64,000 nucleotides of DNA from a virus, in the IMG/VR virus record IMGVR_UViG_3300034101_003554, positions 77,042-141,041 of that record; one strand, 5' to 3'. Position numbers and translations under genes: made by a program. The stretch's first letter is position 1, and every line of letters starts with the position of its first letter. The notes below the pieces were generated by a model, which saw nothing but the letters and a program-made list of their open reading frames with translations, did not search any database and was not told the origin of the DNA. Of the stretch, positions 39,779-50,764 are shown piece by piece.

Positions 39779-40586
39779 CTTTTTTTAGTATGTTTAATAA
39801 TTTATCTATACTAATACCTTCTTTCTCGGCCAATTTTTTAATAGATTCCAAATTCTTTACAAGAAGTTTACTGATAGGTGTATCTTTTTTTAATATATCG
39901 GATTCACCTCTTTTTTTGGTTAACATATCCTCAACCATTTTTATCATTTTTTGTTTTTTAGCCTCTTGTAATTCTTTCTCAAAAAGATTTAAATTTTTAA
40001 CTATTGTTTCACCTTTTTTGTTTTTAACAACTTTAGTACTTTTTTTCTTACCAAAATTTTTAGCTCTTTCCATTCTATTTTCAGAGTCATCAATTCCCAT
40101 TTTATCTAAAGTTTTTAATGTATCTTTTAAATCTTTAAATTCAGTTTCTTCGTAACCGAAAGTTTTTTTCATATTAATTTCTTTTAAGTTATCATCATCT
40201 TCAATGTTTTCACCATAAAGTCTACGTCCACCACCATATATAAATGTAAGTCCTGGAGTTCTTGTCGCTTTAATGGTTTGATCCATTGTTTTTTTGGGTG
40301 TTAACCATTTATTTAATATTGGTATCCTTGACGATAGAAATGTCCCATCACTATCAACAAGTTCATCAATTTCACTTTTTGTAACTTTTTTGTTTTTATT
40401 TAAAATACTTTGTATTTTTTTTTCTATATTTTTTAAATTTTCTTTCTTAATTCTTTTTTTGTTTTGACTATTTTTTGATTCTGATATTACACTATATAAT
40501 GAGTAATTTAGATAAAAATTATCTCCATCACCTTCTAAAAGAAAATAACAATAATCGTTAAAGTATTCTTTTCTATAATTGTTCAT
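39771..40586 (-). CDS. Hypothetical Lys-rich protein
   Basis: 271 aa; TATTTAT on the minus strand at 40602-40608. Confidence 0.7.
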   Translation of the reverse strand: MNNYRKEYFNDYCYFLLEGDGDNFYLNYSLYSVISESKNSQNKKRIKKENLKNIEKKIQSILNKNKKVTKSEIDELVDSDGTFLSSRIPILNKWLTPKKTMDQTIKATRTPGLTFIYGGGRRLYGENIEDDDNLKEINMKKTFGYEETEFKDLKDTLKTLDKMGIDDSENRMERAKNFGKKKSTKVVKNKKGETIVKNLNLFEKELQEAKKQKMIKMVEDMLTKKRGESDILKKDTPISKLLVKNLESIKKLAEKEGISIDKLLNILKKGE

Positions 40587-40601
40587 TATTAATTTTTCTT
40601 A

Positions 40602-40628
40602 ATAAATACTTCGTTTCGGAGTATTTAT
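40602..40628. promoter_or_regulatory. Back-to-back TATTTAT motifs forming an inverted repeat between divergent units
   Basis: ATAAATACTTCG-TTT-CGGAGTATTTAT. Confidence 0.65.
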
Positions 40629-40640
40629 CATAAAAAAAGA

Positions 40641-42851
40641 ATGTCCTATCAAAATATAAGACAATTTGTACCAAGAAATGATTTTCCAATATTATCGTTG
40701 GAAGTATTCGATATGTCATTAACCTCGGATGAAATGGATTTCAATCAAGAGGTTGTATTTTCCCCATATTTAATTGCTCAAACATATGGGAATAAGTTAC
40801 CGATTTATTTTGATATCAATAGTACGGCATCAACACAAAATATAACTCTTACGTATAAAAACTATAATTTCAATAATATATTTGTATCTGAAAATTATTA
40901 CAACCTAAAAAACGAAATATTAAGTTGTGAATTATCTGGTAGTTCTTGTGATATTGGATTAGTTGGGATTGATAATGGTTTAGTAACTGGAATGACAGGG
41001 CAAACAATTATTTTTACTAATGGTTTATTACCAAATAATTTAAAATTTAATAGATTGTATTTTGATAGAAGATTGAAATTACATCAAGTAACTGGATTTA
41101 CATCATCTAATATAAAATTTTCAGGTTTTAATAAAACAATTTTGTATGAGGTTGTAAGTAAAGAAAGTCCTTTTGAGGGTAGATATCACGAACTATATGG
41201 TGGATTTTACCAAGGGTTCTATAAGTTATTTGGATATGATTATGAAATTTTCCCTGAAAGGATGAATAAAGGTTGGTCAGTTGAAATGGTTTTAAAACCA
41301 AGATTGATTAATGAATACAACCCAAATAGTGGGGAGACTACCTTAAATCAAATCTATCCCAATAATAAAAATATGTTCTTTTACATTGGTACTAGAGCGG
41401 AGAATAAATTTTATCATCACGCTGATGGTAGTCCAAATTGTTTTACTGGTTATACTAGAATTACATCAGGATTGACTGGGTTATCAACTTGTGCTTGTTG
41501 TGATGAAAACATTAAAAGTAGATGTATCTTTGTATATCCACCACGTTCAGTAAATGGTATACACGACCCGCATCTTAATTATGGTTGTAATAAGTGTGGA
41601 GGTAATAAAGAAACACAGATAACTTGTGGTTGTAGTTGTAATGATTTACCTTGTCAGAATTGTGGTTGGGAATGTAAAACACATACTTGTGGTACAATAA
41701 TTCCATTAACACCAACTCCAACACCTGAACCAACACCAACTCCAGTTTGTAACCCATTCCCACCTCAAACGACTTGTACACCAACTTGCACGAATTGTAA
41801 TGATTGTACAAGTTGTGATGATTGTGCGACAAGTGGGTTTACATCAATTGAAGATACTTGTGAGAAGAATCCATTATTGGATACGATGAGTAATGCTTTG
41901 GGTATCAAACTATGTGGTGACCCAAAAAATCCTGGTATTGGTATTAGATTTTTAAGATTTACTGGTGGTTGTGAAATGACTGGAACTTGTACAACAGGGA
42001 TGACTTATGAAACAGGCTATACAATAACTGAGATATGTACACCACCAATTTATCCTGATTGTGAAAAAATAAATCCAGCTTGGTTAGAAGAAGAGCATTG
42101 GTTTCAAGTTAATATTGTCTGGGAACGATATGAATTTTTCAAAGATTGTGATTTATCTTTTAAAGGTGGATTAGGTGAAATAACTGAAAGAAAATATTTG
42201 GAATCTTTGGCTAATAATACAACATCGTTGATTGCCCCACCATATACAAGAGACAAAGTTGGTTTACAAGTTGATATTATCAATTTGAATGAGATATGGT
42301 TACAAGAAGAGAAATATAGAAAGGGTAGATTAAAGATTTATATCAATGGTAAAATATTTTATACGATTGAAGATTTTGAAGAGATTATACCTAGAGGATT
42401 AAATACAGATAAAGAAAAACAAGTCGGTGTTCCGTTTAATATTTCTTGGGGTGGAGGTACTCAAGGGTTAAGAGAAAATTTAACCTTTACTGATATGTTA
42501 GGTACAGGTTATACTCAAGACCCAGAATGTTTTCCAACTAATGATTTGAGTGGTACTACTTTAAGTGGATTAAATACAAACATATTAATTGAACAAAATT
42601 TTGCTGGAACATTTGAGGGTGGTATATCTCAATTTAGAATGTATGTTGAACCACTAACAGCACCAGAGGTTAAACATAATTTTATTTTATTAAAAAATAC
42701 ATTTAGGATGTTTAATCCTGATTGTCCTGATTGTACAACAATTCCTTGTGAAGTTAATGATTTCACATACCAAATTATTAATAATAATATATTAACAGAA
42801 AATGGTAATAATATAATAACAGAAGATGGAAACAATATAATTATAGAATAA
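40641..42851 (+). CDS. Cys-rich virion-type protein with a Pro-Thr tract and a LamG/ConA-like C-terminal region
   Basis: CxC/CxxC clusters, TPTPTPEPTPTP, GRLKIYINGK..WGGG..FEGGISQFRMY..EVKHNF. Confidence 0.65.
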   Translation: MSYQNIRQFVPRNDFPILSLEVFDMSLTSDEMDFNQEVVFSPYLIAQTYGNKLPIYFDINSTASTQNITLTYKNYNFNNIFVSENYYNLKNEILSCELSGSSCDIGLVGIDNGLVTGMTGQTIIFTNGLLPNNLKFNRLYFDRRLKLHQVTGFTSSNIKFSGFNKTILYEVVSKESPFEGRYHELYGGFYQGFYKLFGYDYEIFPERMNKGWSVEMVLKPRLINEYNPNSGETTLNQIYPNNKNMFFYIGTRAENKFYHHADGSPNCFTGYTRITSGLTGLSTCACCDENIKSRCIFVYPPRSVNGIHDPHLNYGCNKCGGNKETQITCGCSCNDLPCQNCGWECKTHTCGTIIPLTPTPTPEPTPTPVCNPFPPQTTCTPTCTNCNDCTSCDDCATSGFTSIEDTCEKNPLLDTMSNALGIKLCGDPKNPGIGIRFLRFTGGCEMTGTCTTGMTYETGYTITEICTPPIYPDCEKINPAWLEEEHWFQVNIVWERYEFFKDCDLSFKGGLGEITERKYLESLANNTTSLIAPPYTRDKVGLQVDIINLNEIWLQEEKYRKGRLKIYINGKIFYTIEDFEEIIPRGLNTDKEKQVGVPFNISWGGGTQGLRENLTFTDMLGTGYTQDPECFPTNDLSGTTLSGLNTNILIEQNFAGTFEGGISQFRMYVEPLTAPEVKHNFILLKNTFRMFNPDCPDCTTIPCEVNDFTYQIINNNILTENGNNIITEDGNNIIIE

Positions 42852-42863
42852 AACAAATACAAA

Positions 42864-44240
42864 ATGGCGAATGTAAAAATAACTGACTTACCACTTATAA
42901 CTGGAATAACAATCAATGATGTAATACCGATTGTTGATGTTGATACTCTTGTTACTTCTAAAGTAACAATTGGTGACCTTAAAAATTATTTAGATACATC
43001 ATTTACTGGTGGTACAGTTAGTGGCGAAACAACATTTATTAATGGATTAAGTGCAACAACTTTTTCGGCCACCACAATTGATTTATGTTCTACTAGTGGG
43101 ACTTTGTTTACAAGTAGTATTTCAGGTTGTTCACCAATTGAATTTTTAAGTGAATCATTTTTTACTAAAGGTTTATCAGCATTAACATTAAGTTCATCCA
43201 CGATTTATGTTGATGGTCAAATTTTAGAATCGTTTACTGGTGGCACTGTTAGTGGTAATACTGAATTTACTAATGGATTAACTGCAAACACTATATCCGC
43301 GACAACATATTTTGGGTTACCTACTGATGTGTATGTGACTGGTGGAACATATTCAAATGGTGATATTACATTCACAAACAATACTGGTGGTACATTTAAT
43401 GTAAATGGGTTATTTACTGGAAGTACTGATGTGTATGTGACTGGTGGAACATATTCAAATGGGGATTTAACATTAGTTAATAATACTGGTGGCACATTTA
43501 ATGTAAGTGGATTTTATACTGGTGGGACTGATGTATTTGTTACTGGTGGGACTTATAATAATAATACATTTACCTATACAAATAATACAGGTGGAACTTT
43601 TGATGTGTCATTTAATTCGGTTAGTGGATTAACATCAAATGGTACTATTGAGAGTAATGTCATATCAGCAACAACAATAAGTGGTGGAACATTGTATGGG
43701 GATGGTAGTAATTTAAGTGGAATTAGTCAAACACCATTTTATCAAGAGTCTATATGGACATCATTTCAAACATCAGTAAGAACCACATCATCAACAAATT
43801 ATGGTTCAGGTGGAGCAATGGCGGTACCATTTTATGTGAATAAAACAGTTACAATTTTAAATTGTAGTATTGAATGTTCACTAATAGCCGTAAATCCTAC
43901 AAATTGTGAATTTGCAATTTATGATGTAATAAGTGGTACTGTAACTAATAGATTATACCATCAAACATTCCAAATAACAGGAACTGGTATTGTTACATTT
44001 AGTAGTGTTAATTTAACATTACAACCAGGTATTTACGCATACGCTACAACTCAAGATATAATACTTGGATGGAGAAGTTTCACCCTCCCTAATAGTGTAT
44101 TAGGAGTTAATTCAAGTATGGGTACGGATACATTTATTTCGGCAAAGACACAAGCGTCAAATAATTTGTTGAATCCATTTGGTTCTCAAACTAATAATAA
44201 TAGTAATTGCCCATTAGCAATTTTTGAAATTCAAATTTAA
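42864..44240 (+). CDS. Tail-fibre-like protein with about 34-aa DVYVTGGTY..FTNNTGGTFNV repeats
   Basis: G/T/S-rich; N-terminal VKITDLP; exact 39-nt DNA repeat at 43322 and 43424. Confidence 0.65.
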   Translation: MANVKITDLPLITGITINDVIPIVDVDTLVTSKVTIGDLKNYLDTSFTGGTVSGETTFINGLSATTFSATTIDLCSTSGTLFTSSISGCSPIEFLSESFFTKGLSALTLSSSTIYVDGQILESFTGGTVSGNTEFTNGLTANTISATTYFGLPTDVYVTGGTYSNGDITFTNNTGGTFNVNGLFTGSTDVYVTGGTYSNGDLTLVNNTGGTFNVSGFYTGGTDVFVTGGTYNNNTFTYTNNTGGTFDVSFNSVSGLTSNGTIESNVISATTISGGTLYGDGSNLSGISQTPFYQESIWTSFQTSVRTTSSTNYGSGGAMAVPFYVNKTVTILNCSIECSLIAVNPTNCEFAIYDVISGTVTNRLYHQTFQITGTGIVTFSSVNLTLQPGIYAYATTQDIILGWRSFTLPNSVLGVNSSMGTDTFISAKTQASNNLLNPFGSQTNNNSNCPLAIFEIQI

Positions 44241-44245
44241 ATATT

Positions 44246-44554
44246 ATGAGTATTATATTTACACCAACAAATGGTTTAACACCACAAGAAAAATTACAAG
44301 TTGATATACAATTTGGAAATGGTTTAGTTGAAGAGTTTTTAATTGATAATCGATTAATTACTCCACCAGTTACTGAACAAGAATCTTTACAATTATTAAA
44401 TCAATTCAGTAATGTTGAGAGGTTGGCAAAACTTGGAGATATTAAATCGGTTAAAATTTTATTAGGACAAATACAAACCGATAATAAAATTTTTACACAA
44501 TCAAGAAAAGATAAATATCTATTACAAATAGACGAACATTTATTATTACGATAA
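44246..44554 (+). CDS. Small helical protein, possible fibre chaperone/adaptor
   Basis: 102 aa directly after a fibre-like gene; function inferred from position only. Confidence 0.5.
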   Translation: MSIIFTPTNGLTPQEKLQVDIQFGNGLVEEFLIDNRLITPPVTEQESLQLLNQFSNVERLAKLGDIKSVKILLGQIQTDNKIFTQSRKDKYLLQIDEHLLLR

Positions 44555-44580
44555 GTGTAATCAAAATTTAAATAAATTTA

Positions 44581-45387
44581 ATGAGTCAAACGATAATAAT
44601 AAGTAGTATCAATTATGATGGAGAATTAGCTAGTGTTATATTCACACCACAAGGTAGTGTGAATGTTATTAATTTGGGAAATGTTACATTACCTTTTACA
44701 TTCCAAGCGGGGTTATTAACACCACCCCAAGATGTTTATGGTACTTATACAATATTGGTTGAGAATGGTGATTGTCCAAACATTTTAAATGTTCCAAGAC
44801 CTACGCCTACCCCAACCCCAACTGTTACACCAACAAGAACGGTTACCCCAACTCCTACAGTTACACCAACACCTACTTCAACGTTTGACCCTTGTAGAGT
44901 TACTCAAACACCAACAAATACTCCAAGTAATACACCGACAAGGACTCCAACAAGAACTCCTACGGCAACACCAACAAGTACTTGTCCAGGACCTTCACCT
45001 ACAAATACTCCGACACCAACAACAACTCCAACTCCAACACCTTCAAGAACTCCTGAAGAGTCAAAGATTTATTGGGGTAAATTTAGTGGTGGTACTATTA
45101 CAAGTGGTGATACAACTTTATTATCAAGTGGTTATACTTCTAATCCAACAAATACTTATAGAAGTATTCCGAGTGGTTTCGCTTATGGTTATATTCTAAT
45201 ACCAACTGGTTTAACGCAACCATCAGAATTTAGAAATAGTAATGTAGGTTGTTCAGGTAGTAATATACCATTTAACAATATAGGTACGATAATCATAGTT
45301 GACGCTAACGGATTTAGCATAACATATAATGTTTACAGAACTTTCTTCCAAATCACTGATGGTTTCGATGTATGGTTATGTAGTTAA
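44581..45387 (+). CDS. Two-domain virion-type protein with a long Pro-Thr (mucin-like) linker
   Basis: About 85-aa [14 protein letters not shown]... tract (approx. 44799-45057). Confidence 0.75.
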   Translation: MSQTIIISSINYDGELASVIFTPQGSVNVINLGNVTLPFTFQAGLLTPPQDVYGTYTILVENGDCPNILNVPRPTPTPTPTVTPTRTVTPTPTVTPTPTSTFDPCRVTQTPTNTPSNTPTRTPTRTPTATPTSTCPGPSPTNTPTPTTTPTPTPSRTPEESKIYWGKFSGGTITSGDTTLLSSGYTSNPTNTYRSIPSGFAYGYILIPTGLTQPSEFRNSNVGCSGSNIPFNNIGTIIIVDANGFSITYNVYRTFFQITDGFDVWLCS

Positions 45388-45400
45388 AATAAAATAATTA

Positions 45401-47425
45401 ATGGGTTCTTTTAGTTTATCAGGTGGTGTTGAAGTTTTTGGTTTTATTTCTCCAAGTAATACCACAGACCAATATCCAGTTATTGACCCCTTATATGGTA
45501 TTGATGGTTTAAGAAACGTTAATACTTTAAGTGATTTAAATTTAATTCCGACACTTAGGAGAAGGGCTGGTATGCTTGTGGGTGTAAGTGGAGGGACTAT
45601 TTATTATAAACTAAATTTACCCCCTTGGAATGGCACACTATCGGATTGGAGTTTATTTGAGTTAGGTTTTACTGGTGGTACTGTAACTGGAAATACAATT
45701 TTCACTAATGGTATTACAGCTAATACTATTTCCGCTTCAACATATCTTAATTTACCTATTGATGTTTTTGTAACTGGAGGAACTTATGATAATGTATTAG
45801 GTATTGCAACATTTACAAATAATACTGGTGGAACATTTAATGTCAGTGGTTTATTCACAGGGGCGACTGATATATTTGTTACAGGTGGGACTTATAATGA
45901 TAATACATTTACATTCACAAATAATACTGGTGGAACTTTTGATGTTTCATTTAATTCTGTAACTGGATTAACAATTAATGGGGATTTAAATGTAACTGGT
46001 AATACGATAGTTGATGGTATTACTGCAAATACTATTTCAGCTACAACTTATGAAAATTTACCAATTGACATCAGAGTAACTGGTGGAACATATTCTTTAG
46101 GTACTGCAACCTTCACAAACAATACTGGGGGTACATTTAATGTCACAGGATTTTATACGGGAAATACTGACAACTATATCACAGGTGGAACTTTTGATAA
46201 AAATACTGAAACTTTAACATTGACTGATGTAACTGGGGGTACGATTAGTATTTCAGGTTTCAGTGATGTATTTGTAACGGGTGGTACATTTTCAGGTGGT
46301 AGTATAGTTTTTACAAATAATAGTGGTGGAACATTTAATGTATCAGGCATATCATCATTTGATACATTTGTCACAGGATTTTCTTATTCAAATAATACAT
46401 TCACAATATCTCAAAATAGTGGTACATCATTAACGGCAACAATTAATTCGGTAACGGGATTAACGGCATCAACAATATCCGCAGCAACATTTAATGGGGA
46501 TATTGTTGCGCTAAATGGAACATCAGTTACAAATCCAACATATAGAACATCATTAGGTGGTTCTAATTTAAGTCCAAGGGCGACATTTGGTAGTGAATCA
46601 AATGCCGCAAGTTTACATAGGTATATTTTTGACCCAGTTAATCAAAATGGATTAGTATTTTCTATAGCAAATAATGGTAGTGTTTATATCGCAAGAGGTG
46701 GAATTGTTGCTGGTGGTTCAGGTTCTATATCACAAGAAATTGGTGATTTAAGATTTTTTACTTTAAATTCACCTAATGCTACTTTATTCTCAGAAAGAAT
46801 GAGATTAGACCATTTTGGTAATCTTGGTATTGGTACAACATCTCCATCTGAAAAATTAGATGTTGTTGGAAAAACAAAAACAACAAGTATTCAAATAACA
46901 TCAGGGGCAACAAATGGATATGTTTTAACTTCAGATGTTAGTGGTAATGGTACTTGGCAACAAATACCTTCATTTACTGGTGGTACGATAACTGGTAGTA
47001 CAAATTTCACAAACGGATTAACCGCGAATACAATATCTGCAACGACATATCAAAATCTTCCAATTGATTATAGGTCGTTTGGTGTTGTTGTTGATGGTGC
47101 TGGTTCAGTAATAACAACTGGTAATAAAGGGTATTTAAGTTTACCATATTCAGGTTATATTACAGGGTGGAGAATACTTGGTGACCAATCAGGTTCAACA
47201 TCAATTGATGTATGGAAGACTAATTATATTGGATTTCCTCCAACATCTGGGGATAGTATAACTGGAGGTAATTATCCAAATTTAACTTCACAACAAATAA
47301 ATGAGGATTATTCTTTATTAGGTTGGACAACAGGTTTTACAAGTGGTGATATAATTTCATTTAATGTTTTATCCGCTAGTACAACAACAAGAATAAACTT
47401 AACAATTAATGTTATTAAAACATAG
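45401..47425 (+). CDS. Tail-fibre-like protein with TGGT repeats and a GNLGIGTTSPSEKLDVVG motif
   Basis: Same repeat family as 42864..44240; GxGIGTxxP motif typical of trimeric fibres. Confidence 0.7.
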   Translation: MGSFSLSGGVEVFGFISPSNTTDQYPVIDPLYGIDGLRNVNTLSDLNLIPTLRRRAGMLVGVSGGTIYYKLNLPPWNGTLSDWSLFELGFTGGTVTGNTIFTNGITANTISASTYLNLPIDVFVTGGTYDNVLGIATFTNNTGGTFNVSGLFTGATDIFVTGGTYNDNTFTFTNNTGGTFDVSFNSVTGLTINGDLNVTGNTIVDGITANTISATTYENLPIDIRVTGGTYSLGTATFTNNTGGTFNVTGFYTGNTDNYITGGTFDKNTETLTLTDVTGGTISISGFSDVFVTGGTFSGGSIVFTNNSGGTFNVSGISSFDTFVTGFSYSNNTFTISQNSGTSLTATINSVTGLTASTISAATFNGDIVALNGTSVTNPTYRTSLGGSNLSPRATFGSESNAASLHRYIFDPVNQNGLVFSIANNGSVYIARGGIVAGGSGSISQEIGDLRFFTLNSPNATLFSERMRLDHFGNLGIGTTSPSEKLDVVGKTKTTSIQITSGATNGYVLTSDVSGNGTWQQIPSFTGGTITGSTNFTNGLTANTISATTYQNLPIDYRSFGVVVDGAGSVITTGNKGYLSLPYSGYITGWRILGDQSGSTSIDVWKTNYIGFPPTSGDSITGGNYPNLTSQQINEDYSLLGWTTGFTSGDIISFNVLSASTTTRINLTINVIKT

Positions 47426-47428
47426 AAT

Positions 47429-50400
47429 ATGGCTAAAAATTTAATTGAGTTTAATGTTTACGATGCCGATGTAGTCCCATATAGTGGTTATAATTCAAAT
47501 AAAACTGTTTTAGGACCTCAGATTTATAAATTTACTGGTTCAAATTCATCCGACTTTTATATTGGGCCAAATGAAACTACATTCAGAGATATAACTCAAG
47601 ATACTGGTGTTTCAAACTGGGGGGATATTGCAGTTATTCCTTATAGTACTAATAAACATTGGTTATTTGCATTAAAAGGGTTTGCAACAACTCTTATACC
47701 AACTGAAATATGTATGTACGAATTTGATAAATTAACATACACATATACATATGTTGGTGCGGTATCTTGTTCTAGTACAAATACACCAGGGAGTCGTAGT
47801 CATTATGGATTTAGTGCTAATTTAACATATTATACTGGAGGGACGGTTGAGGTTCTCGGAAATTCAGTTACAGGGACAAGTACAGATTGGATTACAAATA
47901 GAATACCAATTGGTGTAAGGATAGGCTTTGGGTCGAATAATCCTCAAGATATTACTACTTGGTATAGAATTGGTAATTATCCATTAATGAATTCAACTCC
48001 ATCGTTATTAAATGGTGGGGTTACAGCAATCGCATTTGATACTTCAGGTAACACATATATTGGTGGAGCATTTACAACTTATAGTGGTATTTCAGTTGGC
48101 CGTTTGGCTAAGATAACAAGTGGTGGAACTTTGGATACAACATTCAATACTAATATTGGTACCGGATTAAATGCGTTTCCACATACAATAAAAGTCGATT
48201 CAAGTGGTAACTTATATATTGGAGGGACGTTTACAACATTTTCAGGTTTAGCCAACAACTTTATAATTAAACTAAATAGTAATGGGACTAAAGATACTTC
48301 ATTTGATAATACAACAGGTTTTAATTTGACTGTTTATGAAATTCAATTAGATAGTACTGGTAAATTATATGTTGGGGGTGACTTTACAACATATAAAGGT
48401 GTTACGAATAATCGTATAATAAAATTAAATACTGATGGATCAAAAGATGTATCTTTTGATAACTCAACTGGATTTAATAGTAATGGGGTATATACTATTG
48501 AGGTTGTTGAAAACAATAGTATTTATGTTGGGGGTGGTTTTACAACATATAAAGGTGTTACAAACAATAGGTTGATTAAAATATTAAGTGGTGGAACTAA
48601 AGATGCAACATTTGATAATACAACAGGACTAAATGTTAGTGCTTATAAAATAATATACAAACCATCAACAGGTTCAATTATTGTTGCCGGTGAATTTACT
48701 ACTTGGAAAGGTGTTAGTAATGTGTATTTAACCGAAATTTCATCTGGAGGTACGGCTTTGATTTCCTCAATGTCCTCTCAAATTATATATAAGATGACTA
48801 AAGATTCTTCAGATAATATATATTGTTATGGAGCAAATCAAATAATAACAAAAAGAAATATAAATACATTAATAGCTAATCCTAATTTTAATCCAAATAT
48901 AATATACACAACAAATGCGACTGTAGGTGAAATTATTGCTGTAGATCCAACTGGAACAAGATTATATGTTAGTAGTGGTAATATTACTATAGATAGTGGT
49001 ATAGTTTGTGTTAGTACATCAGATGGTGAAAGAACTCCTAATTTTATTACAAATGCACAAAACATAACAAGTCAAGTTATAACATTAACTTCATTTGCTG
49101 GAACTTTCCCTATCGGAACTCCTTATGTTATTGAAAATTTAATATTTTCACAATATAATAACACTTATGGTGTCTGTTTAATTCAAGGTTTAAGTAAAGA
49201 CGATTTTACAGTATCACCAACTTCTATACCAACACCAGCATTTAATTACGCTGGTTTATCCAAAGGTAAATATGTTTTATATGATGGATTTTATACATCA
49301 GGTAGTGGGTATAATACCCTAGGTATAAGTACTACAATTAAAGATACTATGTTGTTAGTACCTGAAAATTCATCAACACAATATTTGTATTCTATGAATA
49401 CCACAGGTCGTGTAGCTAGATTTAATATTAAAAATCCATTAATAACACAATTAGGTACTAATACTCAAGGTCTTCTGAGATATAGTATTCCATCTCAATT
49501 ATTATTAACAGGAGTCCCTATTATAACCCCAACTGGAGCTGCTATAAGTGGTTTAGGCACAGGTAAATTTGATATAGGTACGATGCAAAGTGGTTCTGCC
49601 ATAGGTATTCCATCATTGTTTACTGATAATACTGGGATAGTACAAACCCCAATATCTGGGTTAACAAATGAAGGTGTTCCTTTATATACTTATATGCCTG
49701 AAGTTCCTCCAGGTTCAACAACAACATATACCGCAGCGGGTAATGTTGGTAGGGTTTATTATATACCTAATATAGATAGAATTATAGTATTAAACTCTTC
49801 ATCAACTGCTAAAAGTTATATCACAAAGTATCAATTAAATATGATACAACCCACGTTAAGTAGTACTCTTTATGGTAGAGATACCTTTAATAATTTAGCT
49901 TATAATAATTCGTTTGATACTACATTTTTATTTAATGGGGGACAATTACAAGGTAATACATCAAGTAGTTTAGCACCAAAATATCCTGATACATTAGGTA
50001 CTGGTTTCTTTGGTAAGATATTAGATGGTGTTTTACATTTATGTAGACCATTGGCAACAATTCAAAATAATTTGTATGCAGTTCCTCTTGCTTGTGAGGC
50101 TTTATATGTTGATTATTCTAATAATGTTTTTATAACTCCTAAAATTACATTACCTAATGCTATTGCGATAAATGGATTATTTATCAATTCACAAAAACAA
50201 TATGGAAGTTATCCATTCGCAATACCACCTGAACCAATTGTAATTCATTATAGGACTACAGGCATAACTGGAAACACTGGGGTTTGGACAGAATTTACTG
50301 ATGTCCAGTCACTAAATGATGATATAATTTGTGATGGGGTTCTTAACTCAATAGATATACAATTTAGATTTTCATATAAAGTTGCGGGTAATACTTGTTT

Positions 50401-50761
50401 AACTAACAAAATATATGGATTTAGTTTATTGTATGAAGACGATAGAACCGATTCACATTATAGTCCATCTGTATCTAAATCTAGTTTAAGTAATAGAACA
50501 TTTGCATGGAGACAAGAGCAATTATGGAATAGTAGTATTCCTGATTTGAGGATTAGATTATATAACTCAACTAATAGTAATATTGTATTTTATGATACTG
50601 TATTAACATCATCATCAGGTACTTGGGAATACTCAACCGATAATGGTGTTACTTGGTTACCTTGGTCTTCATCTGCCGATGTGATTGGTAATTATATTCG
50701 TTATGTTGCCGACTTTATACCTGTTGGAATAAAATTGAGAGTAGGATTAAATAGAATTTAA
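47429..50761 (+). CDS. Large virion-type protein with an inserted delta-60-like beta-propeller repeat domain
   Basis: Repeats YIGGxFTTY.G...RIIKLNxDGxKDxSF; flanks paralogous to 50765..53776. Confidence 0.7.
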   Translation: MAKNLIEFNVYDADVVPYSGYNSNKTVLGPQIYKFTGSNSSDFYIGPNETTFRDITQDTGVSNWGDIAVIPYSTNKHWLFALKGFATTLIPTEICMYEFDKLTYTYTYVGAVSCSSTNTPGSRSHYGFSANLTYYTGGTVEVLGNSVTGTSTDWITNRIPIGVRIGFGSNNPQDITTWYRIGNYPLMNSTPSLLNGGVTAIAFDTSGNTYIGGAFTTYSGISVGRLAKITSGGTLDTTFNTNIGTGLNAFPHTIKVDSSGNLYIGGTFTTFSGLANNFIIKLNSNGTKDTSFDNTTGFNLTVYEIQLDSTGKLYVGGDFTTYKGVTNNRIIKLNTDGSKDVSFDNSTGFNSNGVYTIEVVENNSIYVGGGFTTYKGVTNNRLIKILSGGTKDATFDNTTGLNVSAYKIIYKPSTGSIIVAGEFTTWKGVSNVYLTEISSGGTALISSMSSQIIYKMTKDSSDNIYCYGANQIITKRNINTLIANPNFNPNIIYTTNATVGEIIAVDPTGTRLYVSSGNITIDSGIVCVSTSDGERTPNFITNAQNITSQVITLTSFAGTFPIGTPYVIENLIFSQYNNTYGVCLIQGLSKDDFTVSPTSIPTPAFNYAGLSKGKYVLYDGFYTSGSGYNTLGISTTIKDTMLLVPENSSTQYLYSMNTTGRVARFNIKNPLITQLGTNTQGLLRYSIPSQLLLTGVPIITPTGAAISGLGTGKFDIGTMQSGSAIGIPSLFTDNTGIVQTPISGLTNEGVPLYTYMPEVPPGSTTTYTAAGNVGRVYYIPNIDRIIVLNSSSTAKSYITKYQLNMIQPTLSSTLYGRDTFNNLAYNNSFDTTFLFNGGQLQGNTSSSLAPKYPDTLGTGFFGKILDGVLHLCRPLATIQNNLYAVPLACEALYVDYSNNVFITPKITLPNAIAINGLFINSQKQYGSYPFAIPPEPIVIHYRTTGITGNTGVWTEFTDVQSLNDDIICDGVLNSIDIQFRFSYKVAGNTCLTNKIYGFSLLYEDDRTDSHYSPSVSKSSLSNRTFAWRQEQLWNSSIPDLRIRLYNSTNSNIVFYDTVLTSSSGTWEYSTDNGVTWLPWSSSADVIGNYIRYVADFIPVGIKLRVGLNRI

Positions 50762-50764
50762 AGG

